Counted from the first letter of the stretch, positions 35,095-45,761 are shown. The stretch is DNA of 52,666 nt from an uncultured Planctomycetales bacterium (GCA_964603585.1 CAZRVK010000005.1:18609-71274); one strand, 5' to 3'. Notes: generated from the letters alone by a model not told the origin. Numbers and translations are program-made.

Positions 35095-35963
35095 TGGAAA
35101 GGTATATTGAAAAATTCATCCGTTACCTTGAAGTAGAAAAGAATTATTCTAAATATACCGTGATCAATTATACCGTAGATCTGGAGGATTTTAGGGTTTT
35201 TTTGGCGGATAAACCGGTTGAAAGCGTGGATTACCTGTTTTTGCGGAAATACCTTGCGCATTTGAAAGAGAAGAACATGCATTCACGGACCTTAGGCCGC
35301 CGGCTTTCTACCCTAAGGTCATTTTTTAAGTTTCTTACCCGAGAAGGGTTCTTAAAAGTTAACCCGATCCTTACTCTTTCCAGCCCAAAATTGGATAAGC
35401 ATCTGCCGCAGTTCTTGACAGAAGAAGAAGTGACAAAGTTAATAGATGCGGTTATCCCCAAAGATGCAAAGGACAATCTCAAATTCCGCGACCGGGCTAT
35501 ATTGGAAACATTTTATAGTACCGGGATAAGGATCTCGGAATTAGTAGGCCTTGATATTACGGATATTGATTTTATCGGTTGTGTTTTAAAGGTCATGGGG
35601 AAAGGCAAGAAGGAACGCCTTGTACCTATCGGTGACCATGCGATCAGGGCGATCCGGGATTATCTGGAGTTACAAAAGAACCAGACGGCTGCAGTGTTTT
35701 TGAATAAATTCGGCCGGCGTATTTCTGACCGCGGGGTACGCATGATCGTGGATAAATATTTGCGCCTGGCGAGTATCCGCCGCGGGGTATCTGTGCATAC
35801 GTTGCGGCATTCCTTTGCGACCCATATGCTGAACCACGGAGCGGATCTAAGAAGCGTGCAGGAGCTATTGGGTCATGTTAACCTTTCGACGACACAGATA
35901 TATACTCATCTTACGACCGAACGATTAAAAATCGTTTACGACAAAGCGCATCCCCGGGCGTAA
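35094..35963 (+). CDS. xerC: Tyrosine recombinase XerC
   Basis: RDRAILETFYSTGIRISEL, VMGKGKKER, HTLRHSFATH, LLGH, TQIYTH; follows topA. Confidence 0.9.
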   Translation: MERYIEKFIRYLEVEKNYSKYTVINYTVDLEDFRVFLADKPVESVDYLFLRKYLAHLKEKNMHSRTLGRRLSTLRSFFKFLTREGFLKVNPILTLSSPKLDKHLPQFLTEEEVTKLIDAVIPKDAKDNLKFRDRAILETFYSTGIRISELVGLDITDIDFIGCVLKVMGKGKKERLVPIGDHAIRAIRDYLELQKNQTAAVFLNKFGRRISDRGVRMIVDKYLRLASIRRGVSVHTLRHSFATHMLNHGADLRSVQELLGHVNLSTTQIYTHLTTERLKIVYDKAHPRA

Positions 35964-35987
35964 TCATCGCCTAAGGGAAAAGGGCTT

Positions 35988-37244
35988 ATGAGCATATTTT
36001 ACGATTTAATATTTCTAATTGTAGTTTTGATCTATCTGCCGATATATTTGTTTCGAGGTAAATTCCATCGAGGATTTTTATCCCGTTTGGGATTTAACAG
36101 GTTTGATTCAAGATCTCGCCTGCCGATATGGATCCATGCGGTAAGTGTCGGAGAGGCAGTTTCAATCAAGAATATCTTAAATCTATTGCATTTGGCTTAT
36201 CCGGACAAAGGATTTGTTATTTCCACAGTTACTTCAACCGGGAACCAGATCGCTCAAGGCCTTGCCAGGAAGAATGACCTGGTTACTTACTTGCCTTTAG
36301 ATTTTAGCTTCACGGTGAATTCGGTTCTGGATAAAATAAAACCTTGTGCCTTCATTATTACCGAGACAGAACTCTGGCCTAATTTGATCGCTTGCCTTTA
36401 TAAACGAAAGATCCCGGTCATCCTTATAAACGGCAGGATCTCCCCGCGTTCTTTTAAAAGGTATTTTATGGTCAGGTTTTTATTGAAAATGTGGCTAAAC
36501 CGGGTAAGCCTGTTTTGTGTTCAAACCCCCCGTGATGCAGAACGATTGCTTCAACTGGGGGTTTTGCCGGATAAAGTTAAGGTGACCGGGAATATGAAAT
36601 TTGATTTCATTCATGACAAGGTGGATACCGATGATTTACGGCACAGGTTAGCCTTGGATTCCAAGGATAAGATATTGGTTGCTGGATCTACTCATCAGGG
36701 TGAAGAAGAGATCATTTTAGGCGTTTACAAAAAGATATTAACTGAATTTCCTGGGTCTAAGCTGATAATTGCCCCCCGCCATCCCGAGCGGGCAAAGGTG
36801 ATCGCCGAGATGGTTTCTGGTTTTGGTTTTCGCCCGGTTTTATTCTCTATCCTTCAGGGTAAATGCAAGACTTGCCTTACCGTTCCGGTAGTGATCGTTG
36901 ATACAATCGGAGAACTGATGAAATTCTACAGTATTGCGGATATTGTTTTTGTAGGAGGCAGTTTGATCAAAAAGGGGGGGCATAATATCTTAGAGCCGGC
37001 TGTGCTGGCAAAACCGGTGATTTTTGGAGCGCATATGTTCAATTTTGCGGATATTGCCGATTTGTTCCTGGAAAACAAGGCCGCGGTCATGGTCAATAAC
37101 CAGGAAGAGTTAAAGTGTGCCATATCTAAGTTGTTACAGGATCCCGGGAGTGCAAAGGTTTTAGGCAACAGGGCAAGAGAATTGATTCTTCAAAATCAAG
37201 GGGCAACGCAAAAAAACCTGGAATTGATCAAGAAATATTTATGA
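35988..37244 (+). CDS. waaA: Kdo transferase
   Basis: WIHAVSVGEA, YLPLD, ETELWPN, INGRIS, AGSTHQGEE, APRHPER, GGHNILEPA. Confidence 0.95.
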   Translation: MSIFYDLIFLIVVLIYLPIYLFRGKFHRGFLSRLGFNRFDSRSRLPIWIHAVSVGEAVSIKNILNLLHLAYPDKGFVISTVTSTGNQIAQGLARKNDLVTYLPLDFSFTVNSVLDKIKPCAFIITETELWPNLIACLYKRKIPVILINGRISPRSFKRYFMVRFLLKMWLNRVSLFCVQTPRDAERLLQLGVLPDKVKVTGNMKFDFIHDKVDTDDLRHRLALDSKDKILVAGSTHQGEEEIILGVYKKILTEFPGSKLIIAPRHPERAKVIAEMVSGFGFRPVLFSILQGKCKTCLTVPVVIVDTIGELMKFYSIADIVFVGGSLIKKGGHNILEPAVLAKPVIFGAHMFNFADIADLFLENKAAVMVNNQEELKCAISKLLQDPGSAKVLGNRARELILQNQGATQKNLELIKKYL

Positions 37245-37291
37245 ACACTTCTGGGTATAAACTGCAATATTCTGAATATCAATGTTGAAGG

Positions 37292-37714
37292 ATGGTTGTT
37301 ATGATCAAAAAGATCAGTCGAAATAATTTTAAGCGTTACGGATGGGTTATTGAATATCCGGATAAGGGTGCCTCAAATAGGAAAGAAAATCTTTTTTGTA
37401 TCATTATCAGGGAGGTGCGAAAAACCGGATGGCGTATCGCTTATCTTGTGGTCAGAGATAAGGTGATTGATAAGTTAGAACAGCATCCTGGATCTTACGA
37501 GAGTTTTGAGCCGGTTAAAGGGTCCAGCCTGCTTTTTGTTTCCGGCTGCCGGAATCCTGCCAGGATCGAAAAATTCATTTTAGACAGGCCGGTGATCTTA
37601 AAGAAAAATGTTTGGCACGGTGTGGTTACCTGTGGAGTTGAGTCTGAAATAAAAATCACTGAAAATGCTAAGGTTAAGTGTATTTATTGGGGCCTTGGTT
37701 TTAAGCTTAAGTAA
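37292..37714 (+). CDS. Ureidoglycolate-lyase-like cupin protein
   Basis: NFKRYG, LEQHPGSYESFEP, LKKNVWH. Confidence 0.65.
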   Translation: MVVMIKKISRNNFKRYGWVIEYPDKGASNRKENLFCIIIREVRKTGWRIAYLVVRDKVIDKLEQHPGSYESFEPVKGSSLLFVSGCRNPARIEKFILDRPVILKKNVWHGVVTCGVESEIKITENAKVKCIYWGLGFKLK

Positions 37715-37810
37715 CCTTTTCCGCGTTGGGATCTTACCTTTGAGTTTCGCTATATAATTTCTGTTAAACAGTATTTTTTTTGCTATAATATATTGTAGAG
37801 AGGGTTAAAT

Positions 37811-38533
37811 ATGGAAATTAGATTGCGCGTAAAGGATAATGTGGTCATTCTTGATCTGTCCGGCAGGATTGATGTCAATTCGGCGAACCTGGTGGAAACC
37901 GTTGGCCAGTGCGTGCATGATGGTTATACCGATATCCTTTGTAATTTAGAGGGGGTGGATTTTATCGATTATTTAGGGGTTTCTGCGGTTGTCCTTGCCT
38001 ATAAAGAAGTGGTTAATAACTCCGGAAGGATGAAAGTCTCGAATTTGGCGGCGCATTTGAGGAACCTTTTCTCTGTGACCGGCTTGGATAAGACGATCGA
38101 GATTTATCCGGATGTTGATTTGGCAGTAAATACCTTTAAAGAAGATAAGGTGATCGAGAATATTAAGAAAATGCAGCTTAGGCGCCGGTTTAAACGCCTG
38201 CCTATTGATATTAAAATGGAGTTAGCCGGTAAATCCGGGGGTGTGTCGGTTTGCCTGAAAGTAGACACGTTGAATATAAGCGCGATCGGAGCATACCTTT
38301 ACGGCTGTGATAAGTTCAAACTTGGCGATGAAGTGATGCTTAAATTTAATTTGCCTCCGGATTATCAAAAAATGCAAATTGCCGGCAAGGTGGTATGGCT
38401 TTCGGATAAACAGGTCCAGCCGCATATCCATCCCGGGATGGCAGTGGAATTCAGCAATATTTCGAACTCTGAACAGGAAAAGATATTTGAGTTTATTCAA
38501 AGGAACCTTTCCCTCATTTCCAATAATGATTAA
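37811..38533 (+). CDS. STAS (anti-anti-sigma)::PilZ fusion
   Basis: ILDLSGRID..LCNLEGVDFID..LFSVTGLD (STAS); RRRFKR and NISAIG (PilZ). Confidence 0.88.
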   Translation: MEIRLRVKDNVVILDLSGRIDVNSANLVETVGQCVHDGYTDILCNLEGVDFIDYLGVSAVVLAYKEVVNNSGRMKVSNLAAHLRNLFSVTGLDKTIEIYPDVDLAVNTFKEDKVIENIKKMQLRRRFKRLPIDIKMELAGKSGGVSVCLKVDTLNISAIGAYLYGCDKFKLGDEVMLKFNLPPDYQKMQIAGKVVWLSDKQVQPHIHPGMAVEFSNISNSEQEKIFEFIQRNLSLISNND

Positions 38534-38536
38534 AAG

Positions 38537-38827
38537 ATGCTGAATTACAAAAAGATCAAGGTTGGTAAGAAGTATGTCCAGGCAATACTCCTGCCGCTTT
38601 TAGAGAAAAACCTGATTGTCTTTAAGGGGGCGAGGGGGTATGTGATGTGTGGTTACCTGAATTTAAGTGTTGCTGAAAGGTTTCATGATGTGGCAATAAA
38701 AATAGTGGGGGTTTCTACGTTGAATTCTGCTTTCAACTCAAAGGTGCATTCCTGCACTTCCGCGGCGAAAAAGATCGGCATATATAAAGGCCAGCCGGTC
38801 AAAGAAGTCCTTAAGATCATTGTTTGA
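38537..38827 (+). CDS. YunC/DUF1805 family protein
   Basis: GYVMCGYLN, AIKIVGV, GIYKGQPVKEVL. Confidence 0.85.
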   Translation: MLNYKKIKVGKKYVQAILLPLLEKNLIVFKGARGYVMCGYLNLSVAERFHDVAIKIVGVSTLNSAFNSKVHSCTSAAKKIGIYKGQPVKEVLKIIV

Positions 38828-38833
38828 GACCTT

Positions 38834-39880
38834 ATGCTAAAATATCTTTATGCGTTGGCTACTGGAGAAAAAAAAGGGATTATTGCTGATCTCTTAAGAG
38901 CGATCCTGTTCTTATTATCACTTGTTTATGGGATAGCGGTGCGCATTTTGATCAAATGCCATTCATTGTTTAGCTGCCGCCTTGATTGTAAGGTGGTCAG
39001 TGTCGGCAATATCACTTTAGGTGGGACAGGAAAGACGTCTTTTGTGGAATATCTTGCAAGGTATTTACTGGAACAAGACCTTCATCCGGCGATCTTGAGC
39101 CGGGGGTATAAAAAGGACGGCGCATATCTTCAGGGTTTGGGGGATGAACCTTATATGTTAAAGGCGCGCCTTAAGGATGTTCCGGTTATTGTAGATACTG
39201 ACCGTATAAATGGGGCAAGGCGGGCGATAGTTGACCATGGGGTGGATACCGTTATTTTAGATGACGGATTCCAGCAATGGAAAATAAGAAAAGATTTAGA
39301 GATCGTAATGATCGATGCGGCATTCTCTTTTGCGGGATCTTATATGCTGCCGCGCGGATTTTTGCGTGAGCCGTTATCGTCTCTTAAACGTGCCGATATT
39401 TTTGTCCTGGCAAAAACCAACCTTTATCCTGACACGGACAATTTAGAAAGATATCTGCGCCTTAATAATCCCCGGGCTCTGATCGTAAAATCAGAGCACC
39501 AGCCGGTGGGTTTGTATGCTTTGGATGACCATAACCGGGTTTTTACAGTTGATCATATAAAGGATAAATCCGTGGTTTTGTTTTCCGGGATTGCCGATCC
39601 TTCTTCATTCGATAATTTAATGCATGAACTAGGGGCGCATATCCTGCACTCGTTTCAATTCCCGGACCATCATTATTATTCGGATGCGGAATTAAATGGG
39701 ATATTCCAGACGGCACGCAAAGCGCATAGTGATATGGTGGTGACTACAGAAAAAGATGCGGCCAGGATCGCAGGGGTCAAGGCGGATGACATGGCAGTAT
39801 TTGTTCTGCGCATTGAATTAAAGGTTACCCATAATGAAAACGAATTACGTTCTCGATTACATAAGCTGTATTTGCCTTAA
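38834..39880 (+). CDS. lpxK: Tetraacyldisaccharide 4'-kinase
   Basis: SVGNITLGGTGKT, LSRGY, GDEP, ILDDGFQ, LPRGFLREP, FPDHH, TTEKD. Confidence 0.95.
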   Translation: MLKYLYALATGEKKGIIADLLRAILFLLSLVYGIAVRILIKCHSLFSCRLDCKVVSVGNITLGGTGKTSFVEYLARYLLEQDLHPAILSRGYKKDGAYLQGLGDEPYMLKARLKDVPVIVDTDRINGARRAIVDHGVDTVILDDGFQQWKIRKDLEIVMIDAAFSFAGSYMLPRGFLREPLSSLKRADIFVLAKTNLYPDTDNLERYLRLNNPRALIVKSEHQPVGLYALDDHNRVFTVDHIKDKSVVLFSGIADPSSFDNLMHELGAHILHSFQFPDHHYYSDAELNGIFQTARKAHSDMVVTTEKDAARIAGVKADDMAVFVLRIELKVTHNENELRSRLHKLYLP

Positions 39881-41792
39881 GCTGTTAGGCCCGGTTTTAC
39901 GCTTCCTTCCGCTTGGCGTCAGCCTTTTTATCGGAAAAAGTATCGGGAATATTTTATATATTCTTGATCGTAAACATCGGGCAATAGTTTATGCAAATGT
40001 AAAACGCGCCCTTTCCAGTGAACTTTCCTGCCAGGAAATATCCAGGATTACCCGTAAATTCTACACAAACATCGGGCAAAGCCTGATTGAGATATTTCTT
40101 TTTCCGTTAATTGACAAGAAGTATATGGATAAATACGTTGAGATCGAAGGGCGCGATAATCCGAAGGAGGCCTTTAGAAAAGGCAAAGGAGTGATTTTGG
40201 TCGCCATGCATACCGGTAATTGGGAGCTTTCCAGTATCGTTTGTGCGAACCTGGGATTTTCTTTTAATCTGCTTGTAGGCGACCAAAGGTTGCCGCGGTT
40301 GAATGATCTTTTGAACTTCTACCGTATAAATAAAGGGTATAAGATCCTTGAGCGGCAGAATCAAACCCGCCAGCTGATCAAGGTTTTGCGGGCCAATGAG
40401 GCGATCGGTATAACCGTGGATCAGGGGGGCAAAGGGGGACAGATCGTGAAGTTTTTTGGCAAAGAAGCCTCGATGTCCACCGGAGCGATCAAGATGGCTT
40501 TAAAATACGGGTCAGTGATCTTGCCGGCTTTTTATACGCGTATCAATGGTCCATATCAGAAGGTGATTATTGGAAAGCCTTTGGAAATAAGCGTTACCGG
40601 GGATTTAGAAACCGATGTCAGGGATAATTTACAGCGCCTGATCAGCCATTATGAAGGGTTGATCAGGAAATACCCTGAGGAGTATCTTTGGACATATAAA
40701 GTCTGGAAATACGGGCGTCAAAAGGATATTTTGATCTTAAGCGACGGCCGGCCCGGGCATTTACGGCAGTCCGAAGCCGTCGGTAATATCGTTTCCGCAA
40801 TTTACTCCGAAAAAGGGATCAAGGCCGATATCAGTATTTTAAAGGTAGAGTTTAAAAGCAGATTAGCCGCTAAATTGCTGGGGATCGGTTGCTGTTTTTC
40901 CGGTAAATATAATTGCCAAGGATGCCTGTGGTGCCTGCGGCATGCCTTGACCGAACCCGGTTATAAAAATCTTATTGCGGCTAAACCGGATATTGTTATT
41001 TCTGCCGGATCTTCGCTTGCTCCGGTAAATTACATTCTTTGCCGGCAAAACCTGGCGAAATCCATTGTCCTGATGCGCCCGGGATATTTAAGTGCCCGCC
41101 GGTTTGATCTGGTGGTTATGCCGTATCACGACCGCAGGATCCTGCATAAGAATGTGGTAACAACTCAAGGTGCATTGAATTTGATCGATACAGAGTATTT
41201 GAAGAAGCAAAGCCAGGAGTTCATGGATGCGTTATCATCTAAGGATGGCCGGGTTTGTTTTCTGCATGAGCCGATAGGATTGCTGGTAGGCGGAAACAGC
41301 AAAGGTTTTGTTCTTAGCCTAAATGCGTTAAAAGAAGTTACAAAACAGTTAAAAACCGCTTTGGATCGCATAAATAACGATATTCTTATAACCACTTCCC
41401 GGCGGACATCAGCCGAGATAGAGGGTTTATTGGAAAAAGAGTTTAGCGGATATCCATTATGCAAGAAATTGATTATCGCCAATAAAGAAAATCCGCCTTT
41501 TGCCGTAGGAGGGATCATGGGATTGGCCTGGCTGCTGGTTGTTTCTCCGGAAAGCATTTCGATGATCTCCGAGGCGGTTACCAGCGGCCGGCAGGTATTA
41601 GTGATTGACTTGCCGGGATTAAGCAAGAAACACCGGAGGTTCCTGGATAATTTTGCCAAAGAAAAATATATCTCTTTAGTAAAACCAGAAGGATTAGCAG
41701 AAGCAGTACAAAATGCACGGCGTATTAAAACCCCCGCGCGTATCTTAAACGATAATGAGATGGTTAAGGAGGCATTAAAGAAGACCTTATGA
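39834..41792 (+). CDS. Lipid A acyltransferase (LpxL/HtrB-like)::ELM1/DUF1022-like fusion
   Basis: HTGNWE, DQG, FFG, PEEYLWTYKVW; then ILSDGRPGHLRQS, PDIVISAG, FDLVVMPYHD, TTSRRT, ESISMISEA. Confidence 0.85.
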   Translation: MKTNYVLDYISCICLKLLGPVLRFLPLGVSLFIGKSIGNILYILDRKHRAIVYANVKRALSSELSCQEISRITRKFYTNIGQSLIEIFLFPLIDKKYMDKYVEIEGRDNPKEAFRKGKGVILVAMHTGNWELSSIVCANLGFSFNLLVGDQRLPRLNDLLNFYRINKGYKILERQNQTRQLIKVLRANEAIGITVDQGGKGGQIVKFFGKEASMSTGAIKMALKYGSVILPAFYTRINGPYQKVIIGKPLEISVTGDLETDVRDNLQRLISHYEGLIRKYPEEYLWTYKVWKYGRQKDILILSDGRPGHLRQSEAVGNIVSAIYSEKGIKADISILKVEFKSRLAAKLLGIGCCFSGKYNCQGCLWCLRHALTEPGYKNLIAAKPDIVISAGSSLAPVNYILCRQNLAKSIVLMRPGYLSARRFDLVVMPYHDRRILHKNVVTTQGALNLIDTEYLKKQSQEFMDALSSKDGRVCFLHEPIGLLVGGNSKGFVLSLNALKEVTKQLKTALDRINNDILITTSRRTSAEIEGLLEKEFSGYPLCKKLIIANKENPPFAVGGIMGLAWLLVVSPESISMISEAVTSGRQVLVIDLPGLSKKHRRFLDNFAKEKYISLVKPEGLAEAVQNARRIKTPARILNDNEMVKEALKKTL

Positions 41793-43879
41793 ATATCTTA
41801 CAAGTTCTACCGGAATTGCGCGTAGGTGGCGTAGAAACCGGCACAGTTGATCTTGCAGGTGAGCTGGTTAAGCTTGGGCACAAGGCTGTAGTAGTATCTT
41901 TTGGCGGACAGTTGGTGAAGGATCTTGAGCCTTTAGGCGCGACGCACTATCAATTACCAGTGCATAAAAAATCTATTTTTACCATGGCTAAGATGGTGCG
42001 GGAATTAGTTAAGATCATCAAAAAGGAGAATATCGATATTGTGCATGCGCGTTCCCGTGTTCCGGCCTGGCCGGCATATTTTGCCTGTTTATTGACTAAA
42101 CGCGTTTTTATTACAACCTGCCATGGGTATTACAGCCGGCATCTTTTCAGTTATGTAATGAGCTGGGGCAAACGGGTGATCGTTTTAAGTAATGTGATCG
42201 CCCGGCATATGATTGATGATTTTGGCACGCCGCACGACCGGATCAGATTGATCCCGCGCAGTGTCGATACCTCTAAATTCAAATATTTGAACCCGGAGTC
42301 TAAACGCCGGGAGGAATTCAATGTGGGGATAATCGGGAGGCTTACTCCTTTAAAAGGGCATATGGATTTTATCAAGGCGATGCATAAGGTGCTTAAAAGA
42401 GTGCCTGGCCTTAAGGTCTGGATCGTAGGGGATGCCCCGGCATCCAAGGAAGATTACAAGGAGCAGTTGGAAGTTCTGGTTAAGCGCCTTGGCCTTGCAG
42501 GGCATACGCAGTTCTTAGGCACACAGCGGGATATTCCCTATATCCTTTCCGGATTAGATGTTTTGGTTTTATCTACAACTACACAGGAGGCTTTTGGCCG
42601 GGTAGTGATCGAAGCCCAGGCCTCCGGGGTACCGGTGGTGGCGACAAAAGTCGGCGGGGTAATCGATATTATCGATGATGGGGCGACCGGGTTACTTGTG
42701 CCGCCTTCTGATCCGGATAGCATCAGTAATGCGGTAGTAAAAATATACAATGATAAAAACCTCGCCCGCCGCATGTCGGAGGCCGCCTTAGCGAAAGTAA
42801 AAGAAAAATATACTTTAGAGATCATGGTAAACAAAACCGTTGAAGTTTATACCGAGGCGCTTTCTACTTTCAAGATCCTGGTAATAAAATTCAGTTCCGT
42901 TGGCGATGTCGTGCTTTCTACTGCGGCTATCCGTGCAATCCGCAACAAATTCCCTCCTAACCATAAAATCACTTTTTTGGTCGGCGAAGAGTCCAAAGAG
43001 GTGCTTTTAAGGTGTCCCTATATCGATGATTTAATGGTTTGTGATCTGAAAAACCGGGATAAAGGGTTTTCCGGGTTAATGAAGTTAGGCGGATTATTAC
43101 GCAAAAAAGGGTTTGATATGGTAATTGATCTGCAGAATAATCGTAAAAGCCATCTTTTATCCGGCTTAACTATGGCAAACGACAGATACGGTTATCAAAA
43201 TAAGAAGTGGTCTTTTTTCCTTAATCATAAGGTTGAGGATGATTTGTCTCCGATTGCTCCGGTAGCGCATCAGTTTAGGATCTTAAAGATGCTGGGAATA
43301 GATTTAAGATCCCCTGATTTAGAGCTTTGGCCTTGCGAAAGCGATGAGCGCTACATCAAGGATTTATTAAGCGCCGAATGGTTAAGCGATAAGCAGAAGA
43401 TCGTCGGCATAAATATTGGAGCATCCCTGCGCTGGAAGGCCAAAAATCTTTCCCTGCCGCATTTAGTTAAACTTTGTGAGGAATTAGGAGCGCATAAGAT
43501 GCGCATAGTCATAACTGGTACGCAGTATGATTATGATCTTGGCATGGCTCTTTCCACGGCGGTTAAGAATACAAAAATTATTAATGCCTGCGGAAAGACC
43601 ACTATGAACCAACTGGCATGTTTAATAAAACAGTGCGGGGTTTTTATTTCCGGGGATTCTGCCCCTCTGCATGTGGCGAGTGCGGTAAAAACGCCTTTTG
43701 TCGCCATCTTTGGGCCAACTGATCCCCGCCGGCATTTGCCTCCGGCTGAAAAATTCGTTTTATTGCAAAGTGACCTGCCTTGCAGCCCCTGTTATAAGGC
43801 TAATTGTAAAAAGGCCCAATGTGTCGCCGGTGTAAGTGTGGCGGAAATAGTAAGCGCGGTGGATAAATTATTGAAATGA
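41789..43879 (+). CDS. GT4::GT9 glycosyltransferase fusion
   Basis: GGVETG, HARSRVPAW, EAFGRVVIEAQASG; then KFSSVGDVVLS, SGDSAPLH, FGPTDP. Confidence 0.9.
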   Translation: MNILQVLPELRVGGVETGTVDLAGELVKLGHKAVVVSFGGQLVKDLEPLGATHYQLPVHKKSIFTMAKMVRELVKIIKKENIDIVHARSRVPAWPAYFACLLTKRVFITTCHGYYSRHLFSYVMSWGKRVIVLSNVIARHMIDDFGTPHDRIRLIPRSVDTSKFKYLNPESKRREEFNVGIIGRLTPLKGHMDFIKAMHKVLKRVPGLKVWIVGDAPASKEDYKEQLEVLVKRLGLAGHTQFLGTQRDIPYILSGLDVLVLSTTTQEAFGRVVIEAQASGVPVVATKVGGVIDIIDDGATGLLVPPSDPDSISNAVVKIYNDKNLARRMSEAALAKVKEKYTLEIMVNKTVEVYTEALSTFKILVIKFSSVGDVVLSTAAIRAIRNKFPPNHKITFLVGEESKEVLLRCPYIDDLMVCDLKNRDKGFSGLMKLGGLLRKKGFDMVIDLQNNRKSHLLSGLTMANDRYGYQNKKWSFFLNHKVEDDLSPIAPVAHQFRILKMLGIDLRSPDLELWPCESDERYIKDLLSAEWLSDKQKIVGINIGASLRWKAKNLSLPHLVKLCEELGAHKMRIVITGTQYDYDLGMALSTAVKNTKIINACGKTTMNQLACLIKQCGVFISGDSAPLHVASAVKTPFVAIFGPTDPRRHLPPAEKFVLLQSDLPCSPCYKANCKKAQCVAGVSVAEIVSAVDKLLK

Positions 43880-44982
43880 AGATATTGTATTTGACCAATC
43901 ATTTAAATGTCGGGGGGATAAGCAGTTACCTTTTTACTCTGGCTAAAGGGATGCAGGAACGCGCTCATCAGGTTTATCTGGCAAGCGGGCCGGGAGAGTT
44001 AGTCGGTAAATTCAGCGAAAGCGGGATAAAACATATCCTTGTCCCGCTTTCAACCAAGGCCGAATTAAGCCCGAAAGTATTGATTTCTTTCTTTAAATTA
44101 CTGCCCTTAATAAAAAAAGAGAATATTCAGGTTATTCACGCCAATACCCGGGTAACACAGGTATTGGCATGCCTGCTTAGCCGTTATACCGGCAGGGCGT
44201 TTATTTCTACCTGCCATGGTTTCTTTAAACCTAAATTATCCAGGAGCCTTTTCCCCTGCTGGGGTGATAAGGTCATTGCGATCAGCGCTCAAGTCCAGGA
44301 GCATTTGATAAAAGACTTTCATTTGGAAGAAGAAAATATACGCTTGATAAATAATGGGGTAGATGTGGAGAGGTTTGTGTTACGAGGATCGAATGATAAA
44401 GATCAAATGATGAGGTCGAGGTTTGGTTTAAAAGAAGGGCCGATAGTAGGGATTATCGCTCGGCTTTCCGAAGTCAAAGGCCATGTTTATTTGATCCAGG
44501 CGATGAAAGAAGTGTTGCGCAGATTCCCCGATACGCAATTACTCATTGTTGGCCAGGGCAAGATTAAGGATGACTTGATCTTTTTAGTAAAAAAACTGGG
44601 GATCGATGATAAAGTATTTTTTGTCCCCAATATTATCGATACTGCCGCAGCACTTTCTATTATGGATCTATTTGTTTTGCCTTCTTTGCATGAAGGTTTG
44701 GGTTTAAGCCTGATGGAAGCGATGGCGGCTGGTTTGCCTTGTATCGCTTCAAATGTCGGGGGGATAAAAAGTTTGATCCAGGATCAAGTAACCGGGCTTT
44801 TAACCGCGCCTAAAAATCCCGGGGAGTTATCGAAGGCGGTCATGACGTTGCTTAGTGACCCGGATAGGGCAAGGGTTTACGGATATAATGCCCGGAAGTT
44901 TATCCTGGATAATTTTTCCAAGGATGGGATGTTAGAAAAAACAGAAAAGGTGTATAAAGAATGCTTAAAAACAAAAGGTTGA
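43876..44982 (+). CDS. GT4 glycosyltransferase
   Basis: GGISSY, IARLSEVKGH, EGLGLSLMEAMAAG. Confidence 0.92.
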   Translation: MKILYLTNHLNVGGISSYLFTLAKGMQERAHQVYLASGPGELVGKFSESGIKHILVPLSTKAELSPKVLISFFKLLPLIKKENIQVIHANTRVTQVLACLLSRYTGRAFISTCHGFFKPKLSRSLFPCWGDKVIAISAQVQEHLIKDFHLEEENIRLINNGVDVERFVLRGSNDKDQMMRSRFGLKEGPIVGIIARLSEVKGHVYLIQAMKEVLRRFPDTQLLIVGQGKIKDDLIFLVKKLGIDDKVFFVPNIIDTAAALSIMDLFVLPSLHEGLGLSLMEAMAAGLPCIASNVGGIKSLIQDQVTGLLTAPKNPGELSKAVMTLLSDPDRARVYGYNARKFILDNFSKDGMLEKTEKVYKECLKTKG

Positions 44983-45761
44983 TTGTTGTCATCGGCGGGA
45001 TAGCGATACTTGTTTCTGCTTTTGTGGTTGTCGTCAGGCCTAAATATGTCGTGCCGATACTTATGTATCATTATTTTCATCCTGATGCTACGGTGCGTGA
45101 TTCTCTGGTAGTCCGGCCCGAGAGTTTCCAGAGTCAGATGGCTTTTTTGAAAAAGCACCGGTACAATGTCATTTCCTTGGAAGCATTGGCGGCTTTGATC
45201 AGGCAAAATAAGCCTATACCCGGCCGTACAATTGTCATTACCTTTGATGATGGGTATAAAAGCATTTTAGAGTATGCTTTTCCTGTATTGGAAAAATACC
45301 ATTTCCCGGCAACGATATTTGTGATCGTTAGTGAAGTAGGCAGAGCTACTCATTTGAGCTGGCAGGATATGCATAAGATGCAAGCCACCGGGCTTATCAC
45401 TATTGGTAGTCATTGCTTGGACCCGGAGCCATTAATTAATATAAAATCCGAGCAGGAGTTAAAAAAAGAGATTTTTGATTCAAAGCGTATTATCGAGGAT
45501 AAGTTGGGAATTAAGGTGAATACCTTTAGTTATCCGGAGGGCAGGTTTGATCCGAGGATCAGGCAGCTGGTGATTGATGCCGGTTACACTGTCGCGGTTG
45601 CGACCAACCCCGGACGTGATTCAGCGGACCGCGATTTGTTCGCTCTAAAAAGGCTTAGGATTTCGGAGAATTGCGCAAATATGCTTTCATTTGCCGGAGT
45701 GACCTCGGGTTTTTATACCTTTATGAAGGAATATAAAAAGCACCGCCATGCAAAAAAATAA
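44961..45761 (+). CDS. Polysaccharide deacetylase (NodB-like)
   Basis: PILMYH, ITFDDGY, GSHC, FSYPEG. Confidence 0.9.
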   Translation: MLKNKRLIVVIGGIAILVSAFVVVVRPKYVVPILMYHYFHPDATVRDSLVVRPESFQSQMAFLKKHRYNVISLEALAALIRQNKPIPGRTIVITFDDGYKSILEYAFPVLEKYHFPATIFVIVSEVGRATHLSWQDMHKMQATGLITIGSHCLDPEPLINIKSEQELKKEIFDSKRIIEDKLGIKVNTFSYPEGRFDPRIRQLVIDAGYTVAVATNPGRDSADRDLFALKRLRISENCANMLSFAGVTSGFYTFMKEYKKHRHAKK

